64,000 nt of DNA from positions 2,624,001-2,688,000 of the forward strand of contig OZ253375.1 in assembly GCA_965261005.1 (NCBI GenBank). The letters are read 5' to 3'. This DNA comes from Deinococcus sp. GTDB lineage: Bacteria > Deinococcota > Deinococci > Deinococcales > Deinococcaceae. Shown one piece after another: positions 18,309-36,195 of this stretch. The notes under the pieces are model-generated. The model saw nothing but the letters and a program-made list of their open reading frames with translations, did not search any database and was not told the origin of the DNA. The translations under genes and the position numbers were made by a program. Position 1 is the stretch's first letter; every line of letters begins with the position of its first letter.

Positions 18309-18358
18309 ATTCGTAATCAGTAGGTCATCGGTTCAAATCCGATCTCTGGCTCCAAGAA
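18309..18358 (+). repeat. attR core (duplicated 3' end of tRNA-Thr)
   Basis: Identical to 8016-8065; followed by terminator ccccgttctagacggggttttt. Confidence 0.93.
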
Positions 18359-18388
18359 AATCCCCGTTCTAGACGGGGTTTTTGCTTT

Positions 18389-18754
18389 TTATAGCCCCAG
18401 CACCTTGCGGAGCACGGCTTGCAGCGGCGCAAGCTCGGTTGCCGTCAGCTGTCCGCGCCGCCTGGATATCCGCGACAGGTCGAGCGCCCGCACCTGGTCG
18501 GTCAGCACGATGGATGGGGAGCGCAGTCCGGCGAGGCCGGCGGGAAAGCGCGGGTACAGGTCCGGCGACCCGCTGGCCCAGGTCTGGCCCCTGTCACTTG
18601 TGAGCGGCGCGACGAAGACCAAGGGGAAGCGAGGCGTCCCCACGTTTTCTGGAACGCCGATCACCACGGCTGGGCGCAGACCTTCCTGCTCATGCCCCTG
18701 TGGCTCGTGAAGCGGGAAGCTGGCCGTCACGACGTCGCCAACCCTGAGCATCAT
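18389..18754 (-). CDS. MazF/PemK-family toxin
   Basis: GDVV, GHEQEGLRPAVV, VAPLTS, LTDQVRALD. Confidence 0.9.
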   Translation of the reverse strand: MMLRVGDVVTASFPLHEPQGHEQEGLRPAVVIGVPENVGTPRFPLVFVAPLTSDRGQTWASGSPDLYPRFPAGLAGLRSPSIVLTDQVRALDLSRISRRRGQLTATELAPLQAVLRKVLGL

Positions 18755-19122
18755 CCGATGCTCACGCGGCCGTCCGGCAAAACGCTGACCGGCTCGCCCT
18801 CATCCTGCTCGCCCTCGCCCCAGTCATACGGTTCGTACTCGCCAAGGCGAGAGAGGTCGCCGTCCATCCAGGCGCGTGTCTCGGCGTCCACTTCACCGGG
18901 CAGTTCCACCACCTCCAGCACATCCAAAAGGTCTATTGGCTGGCCGCTCAACTGCTCCAGCCCGTTTAAGACCGCCTCAAGCGTTTCGAGCGTGGGGCGG
19001 CGCTTGCCGGTGTAGACGTCGCTCAGGGTGGCGTAGCGCATGCCGCTGGCTTCGGCAAGTTGCTTGCGGTTGACGCGCCGCCGCGCCATGACCCCGGCAA
19101 GCTTGACCTGGATTGCTTTCAT
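18751..19122 (-). CDS. XRE-HTH antitoxin partner
   Basis: VNRKQLAEASGMRYATLSDV HTH, acidic C-terminus, overlaps the toxin. Confidence 0.8.
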   Translation of the reverse strand: MKAIQVKLAGVMARRRVNRKQLAEASGMRYATLSDVYTGKRRPTLETLEAVLNGLEQLSGQPIDLLDVLEVVELPGEVDAETRAWMDGDLSRLGEYEPYDWGEGEQDEGEPVSVLPDGRVSIG

Positions 19123-19288
19123 GCTTCAAGCCTAGCTGATTTGAGCTTGAGAACAGACGTTGAACCGTCGCCTGGTTACACGGCCAGACGTATATCGTAT
19201 CGGGCGCTTGAGCCGACTTGAGCTGTCACCGCCGAAGGCGGGAGGACGTGGCGCCCCTCCTCGCGGCAAATGCTTTAGGGTAAGGGCC

Positions 19289-19468
19289 ATGAAGCCCGAC
19301 GTTCCCCAGTGGCGGGTGTGGCTGGTCACGTTGCTCGCGGCGCTGTGGGGCCTGCTCGGCATCTACACCGCGCGCCGGGCCGATTGGCCGGTGGCCGCCT
19401 TGTGCGCCGCGCTGTTCGTGTGGAACGCTTACCAACTGTGGCAATTCACGCGCCGGGGCAAGCCCTAA
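19289..19468 (+). CDS. Small membrane protein
   Basis: Two hydrophobic segments; abuts the next gene. Confidence 0.55.
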   Translation: MKPDVPQWRVWLVTLLAALWGLLGIYTARRADWPVAALCAALFVWNAYQLWQFTRRGKP

Positions 19469-19939
19469 GTGGCGCTGCTGGTGTTCACCCTCGCGTGGCT
19501 GGCCGGCTTGGTCGGGACCTTTGTGCCGGTGCTGCCCTCGACCCTGATCGTCTTTTTGGGGGCGCTGTTGGCCGCTTGGATCGGCGGCTTCGAGCGGCTG
19601 ACTTGGTCCTGGCTGTTGGGCGCGCTGCTGCTCACCGTCTTTGCGGGCGTGGTGGACAACGTGGCGGGCGCTTGGGGCGCGCGGCGCTACGGCGGCTCGA
19701 AGGCAGCCACCTGGGGCGCGCTGGCCGGAGGGGTGGCTGGATTGTTCCTGCCCTTCGGCCTCTTGATCGGGCCGCCGGCGGGCGCCCTCTTGGCCGAATT
19801 GGTCTTCGTGCGCCGCCCGCTGATGGCGGCGCTGCGCAGTACCTGGGGCACCTTCGTCGGTTTGCTCGCGGGCGTGGGGGCCAAGTTCGTCCTGAACGTC
19901 TTGCTGGGCCTGGCGGTGTTGTGGCGGCTGGCGACGTGA
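19469..19939 (+). CDS. DUF456 family membrane protein
   Basis: GTFVPVLP, GARRYGGSKAATWGA, IGPPAGA motifs. Confidence 0.85.
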   Translation: MALLVFTLAWLAGLVGTFVPVLPSTLIVFLGALLAAWIGGFERLTWSWLLGALLLTVFAGVVDNVAGAWGARRYGGSKAATWGALAGGVAGLFLPFGLLIGPPAGALLAELVFVRRPLMAALRSTWGTFVGLLAGVGAKFVLNVLLGLAVLWRLAT

Positions 19940-20172
19940 GCGAGCCGACTCCCGCCAAGTTGACGCTCTACTCCAGAACGGGCTGTCACCTGTGCGAGGA
20001 CGCCGAGCGGCTGCTGGACGGCTTGAAGCTGCCTTACGTGCGGGTCGAGGTCGGGAGCGACCCTGATTTGGAGGCGCGCTACGGCTGGGACGTGCCGGTG
20101 CTGGCGCGCGGGGACGAAGTCTTGCTGAAAGGGGTCTTCACGCGGGCGCGCGTTCTCGCCAAGCTGGGCTAG
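19936..20172 (+). CDS. Glutaredoxin-like protein (DUF836)
   Basis: LYSRTGCHLCE, YGWDVPV. Confidence 0.85.
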   Translation: MSEPTPAKLTLYSRTGCHLCEDAERLLDGLKLPYVRVEVGSDPDLEARYGWDVPVLARGDEVLLKGVFTRARVLAKLG

Positions 20173-20228
20173 CGGGACCGGCCCTGGTTCTCCCCCTTCG
20201 TTCACGCGGGCGGGTACACTGAGGCGAC

Positions 20229-21152
20229 ATGGACCCAGTTGCATTTCAGATCGGCACCTTTACGGTCGCTTGGTACGGCATCCTGATCACCGCCGGCATT
20301 TTGGTGGGCGTGTGGATCGCCAATCGCCTCGCGCGCGAGCGCGGCCTGAACGTCAACCTGCTCGGCGACATGATGTTTTGGGCGGTCGTGTGGGGCTTGG
20401 TCGGCGCGCGGCTGGTCTTCATCCTGACCAGCCCCGGCAACTTCAGGAACGCCAGCTTTCTCGACTACATCAACATCCGCCAAGGCGGCATCGCCATTCA
20501 CGGCGGTTTGATCGCGGGCATCTTGGTGCTGTTGTACTACGCGCGGCGCTACCACCTGAACGTGTACCGCTACGCGGAGGTGATGATTCCCGGGGTGTGC
20601 CTGGGCATCATCGGCGGAAGAATCGGCAACATCATGAATGGCTCGGACACGGTCGGGCGCGTGACCGGCTGGGCCGTCGGCTACCACTGGCCGGCTTGGG
20701 CGCGCGGCTTTCACGACGCCATGTGCAACCCCGGCGTGCCGCTCAACCTGACCCAGTATTGCCAAGCCGTGGGGGGCCGGCAGGTGATGACCGCCCCGGT
20801 CCACTTCACCCAGCTGTACGGCGTCTTTATCGGCGTGGCGCTCCTCATCGGCGCCTTTTTCTGGCTGCGCTCGCTGCGGCCGGGCTGGGCCTTTTGGCAG
20901 TTCATCTTGTGGTATTCGCTGCTGCGCTCGGTGGTGGAGGAGACCTTCCGGCTCAACCCGCTGTACTGGAACGTCTACCTGTCTGAAGGGCTGAACAAGG
21001 CGGGCATCGGCCTGTTCACCGCCGAGCAGCTGTTCGCCATTCCCCTGATCGTGGTGGCGCTGTACGTGCTGTGGCGCGTTGCCCGCCGCCCCATTCCCGC
21101 CCCCGACGCCCCCAGCGTGACCCATGACCAAGCCCGCGCCAAACGTGCCTGA
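20229..21152 (+). CDS. lgt: Prolipoprotein diacylglyceryl transferase
   Basis: [29 protein letters not shown]. Confidence 0.95.
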   Translation: MDPVAFQIGTFTVAWYGILITAGILVGVWIANRLARERGLNVNLLGDMMFWAVVWGLVGARLVFILTSPGNFRNASFLDYINIRQGGIAIHGGLIAGILVLLYYARRYHLNVYRYAEVMIPGVCLGIIGGRIGNIMNGSDTVGRVTGWAVGYHWPAWARGFHDAMCNPGVPLNLTQYCQAVGGRQVMTAPVHFTQLYGVFIGVALLIGAFFWLRSLRPGWAFWQFILWYSLLRSVVEETFRLNPLYWNVYLSEGLNKAGIGLFTAEQLFAIPLIVVALYVLWRVARRPIPAPDAPSVTHDQARAKRA

Positions 21153-22593
21153 AGCTGCGCCCGCGCCGCTTGACGTCGTGATTCTGGCCGCCGGGCAGGG
21201 CACCCGCATGCGCTCGGCGCTGCCCAAGGTGCTGCACCCGGTCGGCGGTCGCCCGATGGTCGCTTGGGCGCTCAGGCGCGCCCGCGAACTGGGGGCGCGC
21301 GACGTGGTGGTCGTGACCGGCCACGGCGCCGAGCAGGTGGAGGCCACCCTGTTCGGCCAGGGGGCGCGCTTCGCCCGCCAAGAGCGGCAGCTGGGGACCG
21401 GGCACGCCTTTTTGGTCGGGGCGCGCGAATTGCGTCCCGGCGGCGACGTGCTGGTGCTCTACGGCGACACGCCGCTGCTCTCGGAGGCAACCCTGCGCGA
21501 CATGCTGGCGGACCACCGGGCGCGCGGCAGCGCCCTGACCCTGCTGACCGCGCGCCTGCCCGACGCCAGCGGCTACGGCCGGGTGGTGCGCGCAGCGGAC
21601 GGCTCGGTGGCGCGCATCGTGGAGGAAAAGGCGGCAAGCCCGGAAGAAAAGCGAATCACCGAGTTCAACTCCGGCGTGTACCTGATGGACCGCCGCGCGC
21701 CCGAATTGGCCGCCCGCATCGGGCGCGACAACCCCGCCGGCGAGTACTACCTGACCGACCTGGTCGCCCTGTACCGCGCGGAGGGAGCCGGCGTGGCGGC
21801 CTATCAGGTGGCCGACCCCAGCGAGGTGATGGGCGCCAACGACCGCGCGCAGCTGGCCGAGGCGGAGGCCATTCTGCGCCGGCGCGTGGCGGAGCGCCAC
21901 ATGCGCGCCGGCGTGACGCTGCTCGATCCGGCCACGACCCTGATCGAGGACGAGGTCGAGATCGGCCCCGACAGCCTGATTTATCCGGGCGTCATGCTGC
22001 TGGGTCAGACCCGCCTGGCCGCAAGCGTGGAAATCGGCCCCTACAGCGTGCTCACGGACAGCCACTTGGCGCGCGGCGTCCGCGTGAGGGCGCACAGCGT
22101 TTTGGAGGGGGCGCGGGTCGGGGAAGGCAGCGTGGTCGGCCCCTTCGCCCGTTTGCGGCCCGGCAGCGACCTCGCCGAGGGGGTGTTTGTGGGCAACTTC
22201 GTGGAGGTCAAGAACAGCCGGCTGGACCGGGGCGCCAAGGCCGGCCACCTGGCCTACCTGGGCGACGCCAGCGTGGGCGAGGACAGCAACGTCGGGGCCG
22301 GCAGCATCACCGCCAACTTCGACGGCGTGCATAAGCACCGCACCGAGATCGGGCGCGGGGTGTTCGTCGGCTCCAACAGCACCCTGATCGCGCCCGTCAC
22401 CCTCGGCGACGGCGCCTTTGTGGCGGGCGGCTCGACCGTGAGCGAGGACGTGCCGGAAGGGGCGCTGGCCGTGGCGCGCGGCCGGCAGCACACCGCGCCG
22501 GGCTGGGCGCGGCGCTACTGGTTACGGCTGCGGGCCGCCTTGCCCGGGAACGGCTTTTTGGCCCGCTGGCTGGGCGAGCAGGGAGAGACTTGA
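21124..22593 (+). CDS. glmU: Bifunctional UDP-GlcNAc pyrophosphorylase/acetyltransferase
   Basis: [22 protein letters not shown], hexapeptide repeats, GNFVEVKNS. Confidence 0.96.
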   Translation: MTKPAPNVPEAAPAPLDVVILAAGQGTRMRSALPKVLHPVGGRPMVAWALRRARELGARDVVVVTGHGAEQVEATLFGQGARFARQERQLGTGHAFLVGARELRPGGDVLVLYGDTPLLSEATLRDMLADHRARGSALTLLTARLPDASGYGRVVRAADGSVARIVEEKAASPEEKRITEFNSGVYLMDRRAPELAARIGRDNPAGEYYLTDLVALYRAEGAGVAAYQVADPSEVMGANDRAQLAEAEAILRRRVAERHMRAGVTLLDPATTLIEDEVEIGPDSLIYPGVMLLGQTRLAASVEIGPYSVLTDSHLARGVRVRAHSVLEGARVGEGSVVGPFARLRPGSDLAEGVFVGNFVEVKNSRLDRGAKAGHLAYLGDASVGEDSNVGAGSITANFDGVHKHRTEIGRGVFVGSNSTLIAPVTLGDGAFVAGGSTVSEDVPEGALAVARGRQHTAPGWARRYWLRLRAALPGNGFLARWLGEQGET

Positions 22594-22745
22594 GGGCCGG
22601 GGTGTCTTAAGAGCGGCCGGTTTTCTTCACCGTTCCGCTTCACCCGAACGCCTAGACTGAGGTCAGTCTGCACCCGCCCCTCACCCTGGCTTGGGGTCCG
22701 ACATCCAAGGCCCCCAGGCGCGCGTAGGACATATCGGAGGATCAC

Positions 22746-22937
22746 ATGGGACCGCTGGAAATCATCTTGATCATCGTCGTGGTGGTGCTGATCTTCGGGG
22801 CGCGCAAGCTGCCAGAACTCGGCAAGGGCGTCGGCCGTGGCATTCGCGAGTTCAAACGTGAAGTCAAGCCGGACGCGCCTGACCGCGAAGATTTGGCGCG
22901 CGAAGAGGATGTCACGCGCCCGCGCGACCGGGTCTGA
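22746..22937 (+). CDS. tatA: Twin-arginine translocase TatA
   Basis: LIFGARKLPELGKGVGRGIREFK. Confidence 0.93.
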   Translation: MGPLEIILIIVVVVLIFGARKLPELGKGVGRGIREFKREVKPDAPDREDLAREEDVTRPRDRV

Positions 22938-22944
22938 GGTCGCC

Positions 22945-23721
22945 GTGGCCCTCAACGTTAACTCGGGCAGCAACGCCGGCAGCGCCCCCCTCGTCGAACA
23001 CCTGGAGGAACTGCGCAACCGCATCGTCATCTCGCTGTTGTACTTGGCGGCGGGCAGCGCGGTCGGCTGGATCTACCGGGCCGACCTGCTGCTGTGGCTC
23101 AAGCGCCCGCTGACCTTTTCCACCCTGTACAACCAGGGCAAGCTGCACCTGGTCTCGCAGCAACTCACCGACCAGATCGTGATGAGCTTTATGATCGCGT
23201 TGTGGGGCGGCCTCGCGCTGGCCCTGCCGTTTATCCTGCATCAGGTGTGGCTGTTCGTGGCGCCGGGCCTCTATCCCGGCGAGCGCAAGTGGGCCGCCCC
23301 CTTCGTGCTGGGCGCGGGCCTCTCGTTTTTGCTGGGCGCGCTGTTTTGTTACTTCGTGATCCTGCCCAACATGGTGCCATTTTTGGCGGACTTTTTGGGC
23401 GGGGTAGTGGACGGCGTGTGGCCCATCGGCACCTACATCTCGCAGATCGTGACCTTTCTGCTCGCCTTCGGCGTGATCTTCGAGCTGCCGGTGCTGGCCT
23501 TTGTGCTGACCAAGATCGGCTTCGTGAACGCGGGCCTGCTGTCCAAGGTGCGGCGCTACGCCATCGTCATCGTGCTGATCGTGGCCGCCGTGATCACGCC
23601 CACGCCCGACCCGGTCAACATGATGCTGGTCGCCATTCCCATCTACTTGCTCTACGAAATCGGCATTGTCGTCTCCCGGCTGGCGGCGCCGCGCGGTGAG
23701 CGGGGGGCGTTGCCGGAGTGA
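22945..23721 (+). CDS. tatC: Twin-arginine translocase TatC
   Basis: HLEELRNR, FVAPGLY, FELP, ITPTPD. Confidence 0.95.
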   Translation: MALNVNSGSNAGSAPLVEHLEELRNRIVISLLYLAAGSAVGWIYRADLLLWLKRPLTFSTLYNQGKLHLVSQQLTDQIVMSFMIALWGGLALALPFILHQVWLFVAPGLYPGERKWAAPFVLGAGLSFLLGALFCYFVILPNMVPFLADFLGGVVDGVWPIGTYISQIVTFLLAFGVIFELPVLAFVLTKIGFVNAGLLSKVRRYAIVIVLIVAAVITPTPDPVNMMLVAIPIYLLYEIGIVVSRLAAPRGERGALPE

Positions 23722-23783
23722 AAACAGGCAGTTGACTATGCCGCGCGTCCCCACCGGGCGCGCGGCTCTTTACACTGGAAAGC

Positions 23784-24878
<1,095 letters not shown>

Positions 24879-24940
24879 ACCATATCAGCGTCCGCCAAAT
24901 GGCCCATTCGCCCCCGGTCTGCCTCGCGTAGATTGGGGGC

Positions 24941-26179
24941 ATGCCCAAGCGCCCGCCCGCCGCCCTCGTCTTTGTCTTGATCACGCTGCTGATCGACGTG
25001 ATGGGCGTCGGTCTGATCGTGCCCGTGCTGCCCGCCCTGATCAAGGACTTGGCCGGCGGGCAGGCGGCCGGGGCGCAGGTGCTGGGCGTCCTGACCGCCG
25101 TGTACGCCGCGATGCAGTTTGTGTTCGCGCCGCTGCTGGGCGCCCTGTCCGACCGCTTCGGGCGCCGGCCGGTGCTGCTGCTCTCGATGTTGGGGCTGGG
25201 CCTGGACTACCTGGTGCTGTACTTCGCGCCGAACCTGGCCTGGCTGTTCGTCGGGCGGCTGATCGCGGGCGTCACGGGCGCGAGCATGACGGTCGTGAAC
25301 GCCTACATCGCCGACGTGACCCCGCCCGAGAAGAGGGCCGGCAGCTACGGCCTGCTGGGGGCGACCTTCGGGGTCGGCTTTATCGTCGGCCCGGTGGTGG
25401 GCGGCTTTCTGGGCGGCTTTGATTTGCGCCTGCCCTTTCTGGCAGCGGCCATGCTCGCGCTGCTGAACTTCCTCTACGGTCTTCTCGTGCTGCCCGAGTC
25501 GCTGTTGCCAGAAAAGCGCAACCAGAACGTGAGCGCCCGTAGCCTCAGCCCGCTGCGCAGCCTCGCGGCGCTCGGGCGTTATCCGCTGGTGCGTGGCCTG
25601 GCCGTCAGCTTCATCCTGTTCGGCATGGCCAACCAGGTCATCTTCAACACCTGGGTGCTGTTTACCGAGGGCGTGCTGGGCTGGGGACCGGCGCAGAACG
25701 GGGCGGGCCTCGCGCTGGTCGGGGCGCTCACCATCGTGGTGCAGGCCGGGCTGGTCGCGCTGGCGGTGCGGGTGTTGGGCGAGCGCCGGGCGATTGTGGG
25801 CGGGTTGCTCATCGGCGTCGTGCAGTTCATTTTGCTTGGCCTGGCGCGTTCGGACGCCATGTTTTACGCCGCCATCGGCGTCGGCAGCCTGGGCGGCGTG
25901 GCGGGGCCGGCGTTGCAGGGCCTGATCAGCCGCAGCGTGGACGAGCGCGAGCAGGGCACCGTGCAGGGCGCCCTGACCGGCCTGAACAGCTTGGTCGGCA
26001 TCGTCGGCCCGATTCTGGCGACCTGGGTTTTCGCCTACTTCAACGGCGGCGGCGCGGGCGTGCGCGTGCCGGGGGCCGCCTTCTTTCTGGGCGGGCTGTG
26101 CCTGCTGCTGGGGACCCTGCTGACGGCCGGCGCGCTGCCGAGAACGCCAAGTCCGGTGACGGTGGGGGCGGAGGGCTGA
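24941..26179 (+). CDS. TetA-like (DHA1) MFS transporter
   Basis: [14 protein letters not shown] motif A, 12 TM segments. Confidence 0.9.
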   Translation: MPKRPPAALVFVLITLLIDVMGVGLIVPVLPALIKDLAGGQAAGAQVLGVLTAVYAAMQFVFAPLLGALSDRFGRRPVLLLSMLGLGLDYLVLYFAPNLAWLFVGRLIAGVTGASMTVVNAYIADVTPPEKRAGSYGLLGATFGVGFIVGPVVGGFLGGFDLRLPFLAAAMLALLNFLYGLLVLPESLLPEKRNQNVSARSLSPLRSLAALGRYPLVRGLAVSFILFGMANQVIFNTWVLFTEGVLGWGPAQNGAGLALVGALTIVVQAGLVALAVRVLGERRAIVGGLLIGVVQFILLGLARSDAMFYAAIGVGSLGGVAGPALQGLISRSVDEREQGTVQGALTGLNSLVGIVGPILATWVFAYFNGGGAGVRVPGAAFFLGGLCLLLGTLLTAGALPRTPSPVTVGAEG

Positions 26180-26248
26180 GGGGAGCAAGACGGCCAGTTC
26201 GGGAGCGCCGCACGGTGCCCGTTGTGCGCTTTGCATAAGCTGTGGGGC

Positions 26249-27427
<1,179 letters not shown>

Positions 27428-27430
27428 TTC

Positions 27431-28351
27431 TCAGGGCGTCAGCACGATCTTGCCTAAGGTGTGGCGCTTTTCCAGCTCCCGGTACGCCTCGCGCACATCG
27501 GAGAGGGGGTAAGCCTGGGCGATGGGCACGTCGAGCAGACCCTGATCGATCAGGCCGGCCAGCAGGGCCAGCACGTCGGCGCTGTCGGCATTGCCGGCGC
27601 CTTCCGCCTTAACGCCGTACTGCTGCGCGGCGGCGAAGTCGATGACGGTGTCGATCCGCTGCGGCTGGACGCCCAGCTTCAGCGCCAGTTCGACGTAACC
27701 GCCCCCGAAGGTGTCGATAAAGGCACCCAACTGGCCGCCGGCGGCCGAGCGCAAACGGTCTTCCAAGCCCTCGCCGTAGGGCACCGGGATGATGCCGTGG
27801 TCGGTCAGCCACCCGTGCCGCTCTGGGCTGGCGATGCCCAGCACCGTCGCGCCCGCCCGCAGGGCCAGCTGCGCCGCGATGGTGCCGACGCCGCCGCTGG
27901 CCCCCGCGATGGCGACGGTGTCCCCCGACCCCAAGCCCACCGCGCGCACCGCCGCGTAGGCCGTCGCGCCGGCGACGAACAGGGCGCCGGCCACCTCCCA
28001 AGGCACGTTGCCCGGCTTGGGCGTCAGCTGGCCGGCCGGGACGGCGACGAACTCGGCCTGGCTGGCGCGGTCGTTGGTGAACCCGATGACGGCCTCCCCC
28101 TGGGCGAGGCCGACCACGCCGCGGCCGATGGTCTCGACGGTGCCGGCGAAGTCGCTGCCCTGCCCCGAGGGAAAGGTCGCGGGCAACCTGTCGTGAAAGG
28201 CGCCTTGGCGAATGATCGTCTCGCCCGGATTGATGCCGGCGGCCTTTACGCGGACCAGCACCTGGCCCGCTTCCGGCGCGGGCGGCTCGACCTCCACGAC
28301 CTGCAACACGTCGAGACCGCCGTACTGATTGAATTTCACCGCTCTGGACAT
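27431..28351 (-). CDS. NADP-dependent oxidoreductase (MDR/quinone reductase)
   Basis: VRVKAAGINP, GSDFAG, AGASGGVG, GKIVL. Confidence 0.9.
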   Translation of the reverse strand: MSRAVKFNQYGGLDVLQVVEVEPPAPEAGQVLVRVKAAGINPGETIIRQGAFHDRLPATFPSGQGSDFAGTVETIGRGVVGLAQGEAVIGFTNDRASQAEFVAVPAGQLTPKPGNVPWEVAGALFVAGATAYAAVRAVGLGSGDTVAIAGASGGVGTIAAQLALRAGATVLGIASPERHGWLTDHGIIPVPYGEGLEDRLRSAAGGQLGAFIDTFGGGYVELALKLGVQPQRIDTVIDFAAAQQYGVKAEGAGNADSADVLALLAGLIDQGLLDVPIAQAYPLSDVREAYRELEKRHTLGKIVLTP

Positions 28352-28373
28352 GATTAACTTCCCCCTTTGAGCT

Positions 28374-29210
28374 TCACTTCCAGACCTCGGCGTAGTCTCT
28401 CGCGAACTGGGCGAAGGGGATGGGGTCCTTGCCGGTCGCGCGCCGCACGTCGTCCGTGACGCGGGCGGTGTGGCCGGCCCTCACAACGCCGTATGCGTTG
28501 GTCATCAGCGCCACGTAGCTTTCGGAGGCGCCCGATTGCCGCATCCTCTCTTGCAATTGCTCGTCCGTGATGGGGACGTACTTCATGTCCTGGCCGGTCG
28601 CGTCCGAAATCAGGCGCGCGACCTCGTCCCTGTCGAGCGCCTCCCCGCCCGTGATGGCGTACGCCTGGCCGGCGTGCCCGTCCTGCGTCAGGGCCGCCAC
28701 CGCCACGGCGGCGATGTCGCGGGCGTCCACGAAGCCGGTCTTGGCGTCGCCGGCCGGCTCGGCCAACACGCCCTGTTCGCGGATCATCTCGGCGTGGGTG
28801 TTGCTGTAGTTCTGCATGAACCAACTCGGGCGCACAAAAGTCCACTCTAGCCCCGACGCCTCAATATGCTTTTCCACGTCGCGCAGCGGGTTGTCGCCCT
28901 GCTCGGCGCCGAGGGCGGAGAGGCGCACGACGCGCTTCACGCCCGCCTCCTTCGCCAAGTCCACGGCCCGGTTGACGGGAGCGGCTGGCATGTCCCCTGG
29001 CGAGGCCAGGTAGAGCTTGTCCACCCCCTCAAGCGCCGCACGCACGCTGGCCTCGTCCGCGAAATCGAAGGGGACGACTTGGGCGCCGGGAAAGGCTTGC
29101 CGGGCTTTCTCGACCGTGTGGGCGCCGATACGAACGCGCTCGCCCTTTTCCTGAAGCTGCCTGACGACCTCGCTGCCGACCTTGCCGTTGGGGGTGGTGA
29201 CTAAAATCAT
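28374..29210 (-). CDS. NmrA-like atypical SDR
   Basis: ILVTTPNGKVG, RPSWFMQN, VDARDIA. Confidence 0.88.
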   Translation of the reverse strand: MILVTTPNGKVGSEVVRQLQEKGERVRIGAHTVEKARQAFPGAQVVPFDFADEASVRAALEGVDKLYLASPGDMPAAPVNRAVDLAKEAGVKRVVRLSALGAEQGDNPLRDVEKHIEASGLEWTFVRPSWFMQNYSNTHAEMIREQGVLAEPAGDAKTGFVDARDIAAVAVAALTQDGHAGQAYAITGGEALDRDEVARLISDATGQDMKYVPITDEQLQERMRQSGASESYVALMTNAYGVVRAGHTARVTDDVRRATGKDPIPFAQFARDYAEVWK

Positions 29211-29290
29211 GTGTGCCTCCTCGCCAAAGCATAGGCTTTGGACTTTACTTTGAGAAGTACACACCTTTTGGTGCGTGCTAAGCTTTCGGC

Positions 29291-29716
29291 ATGACCGCTT
29301 CCGCCAACGTCCTGAGCAAGAACTGTCCCTCGAACAGCGTGCTGGAGATGGTGTCCGGCAAGTGGAGGGTGCTCATTCTCTACGCGCTGCGTGGGCGCAC
29401 GCTGCGCTACGGCGAGCTTCAGCGCGTGGTCGAGGGCATCTCGCAGAAGATGCTGACCCAGACCCTGCGCGAGTTGGAGCGCGACGGCTTGGTTTCCCGC
29501 CACATCTTTCCGGTCGTGCCGCCGCACACCGAGTACCAGCTCACGCCGTTGGGCCGGAGCCTAGAGGACATCGTGTTTCGCTTGGGCGGCTGGGCGCAGG
29601 AGAACATGGACGGCGTGCTGAGCGCGCGGGCGAGCTACGACGGGGGCGCCGCCACCTCACCCAACACCCCCTCACCCAGCACCCGCCCGACCACTTCCGG
29701 CTTGCCGAGGGGATAG
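29291..29716 (+). CDS. HxlR-family transcriptional regulator
   Basis: GKWRVLIL, GISQKMLTQTLRELERDGLV, PPHTEYQLT. Confidence 0.92.
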   Translation: MTASANVLSKNCPSNSVLEMVSGKWRVLILYALRGRTLRYGELQRVVEGISQKMLTQTLRELERDGLVSRHIFPVVPPHTEYQLTPLGRSLEDIVFRLGGWAQENMDGVLSARASYDGGAATSPNTPSPSTRPTTSGLPRG

Positions 29717-30506
29717 AGGTGGACCCCCGCCACGCCGAGGTCGCGCAAATCGTTGATCAGCCGGGCGCTCCAATCGAGGCCGGCCGCCTTGTCGGTTTCG
29801 AGGGCCGAGAGCAATTCGGGCGGCACCCCCGCCCACCGGCCGACGTTCCGCGCCATCTTGAGCGAGCGTAATGGCAGCACGCCGAACAGGATGGGAATGG
29901 GGGGCGTGCCGACGAAGTCGAGAAAGCGCTCGACCTGGGCGCGCGAAAAGACTGGCTGCGTCTGCGCGAAGTGGGCGCCGGCCGCGACCTTTTCGAGCAG
30001 CCGCTCCTTTTCACGTTCCAGATCGGGGTTGGCCGGGTTGAGCGCCACGCCGATTCGGAAGTCGGTGCGGGCACCCAAATCGCGCCCAGCCCGCGACCGA
30101 CCGGCGTTGAGATGACTTGCCAAGCTCGCCAGCCCGTCCGCCCCGACCTCGTACACGCCGGCCGCGTCCGGATGGTCCCCCCGGCCCGGCGGGTCGCCGT
30201 ACAGGCACAGGAGGTGTCGCACCCCCAGGGCGTGGGCGCCCAGCAGCTCGGCCTGTAGGCCCAGCACGTTGCGGTCGCGGCAGGTCAGGTGAACGATCAC
30301 CTCCAAGCCGAGGTCGCGCTGAATCAGGTGCGCCACCGCGATGGGACTCATGCGCAAATTCGCCATGGGGGAGTCGCTGACGTTCACCGCGTCCACCAGG
30401 TCACGCAGGGCGCGCGCCTCGGCCAAGGTGGCGCTCGGGTCCGGCCCGCGCGGCGGGTCGAGTTCGGCGGTGACCACAAAGGCGCGCCCCAAATTGCGGC
30501 TGAGGC

Positions 30507-30510
<4 letters not shown>
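29635..30510 (-). CDS. metF: Methylenetetrahydrofolate reductase
   Basis: [38 protein letters not shown]. Confidence 0.88.
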
Positions 30511-34169
<3,659 letters not shown>

Positions 34170-34305
34170 GGCCAGGCTCCTCGCGTTGGGTCGGCTCCAT
34201 CGGTCCCGCGCCTGTGCCATCGTCGGCTCCGCGTGGGTTAGAAGGTACCGTGCCGCGATGAGGGCCGGTGGCTGCGCGCTTCGGAAGGGAGCGCGCGATC
34301 ACCGC

Positions 34306-34334
34306 ATTGTGCCGCAGGAACGCGCGACGGTCAA
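34306..34334 (-). promoter_or_regulatory. Sigma70-like promoter for metH-metF
   Basis: TTGACC-17 nt-CACAAT on the minus strand. Confidence 0.6.
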
Positions 34335-34367
34335 CGCGCTTCTGCGGCTTCAAAATTTGGAGCTTTA

Positions 34368-35915
<1,548 letters not shown>

Positions 35916-36195
35916 GGGGACTCCCGTGGTGAGAAGGCTTGAAGCTGACCGCCACTGTACACAGGGTAAGCGACAAACTTTGTCATCTATGTCCGGCCAG
36001 AACGTCCGGCCAAACATGAGACCGGAAATGAAGGTCCCCGGGCAAGCACCTTTAACCGTCAAGGCCGTCCTAAGCGTTGTTCAAGGGCTGTTCGGCGCCG
36101 AACCACGGACCGTTCACGCCGCGACCGAAGACTGAGTTGGCGGGGCAGCCGCCGCGCCAAACCCCAGCTCAAATCCCCAGCTCAGGAGAGACCTT

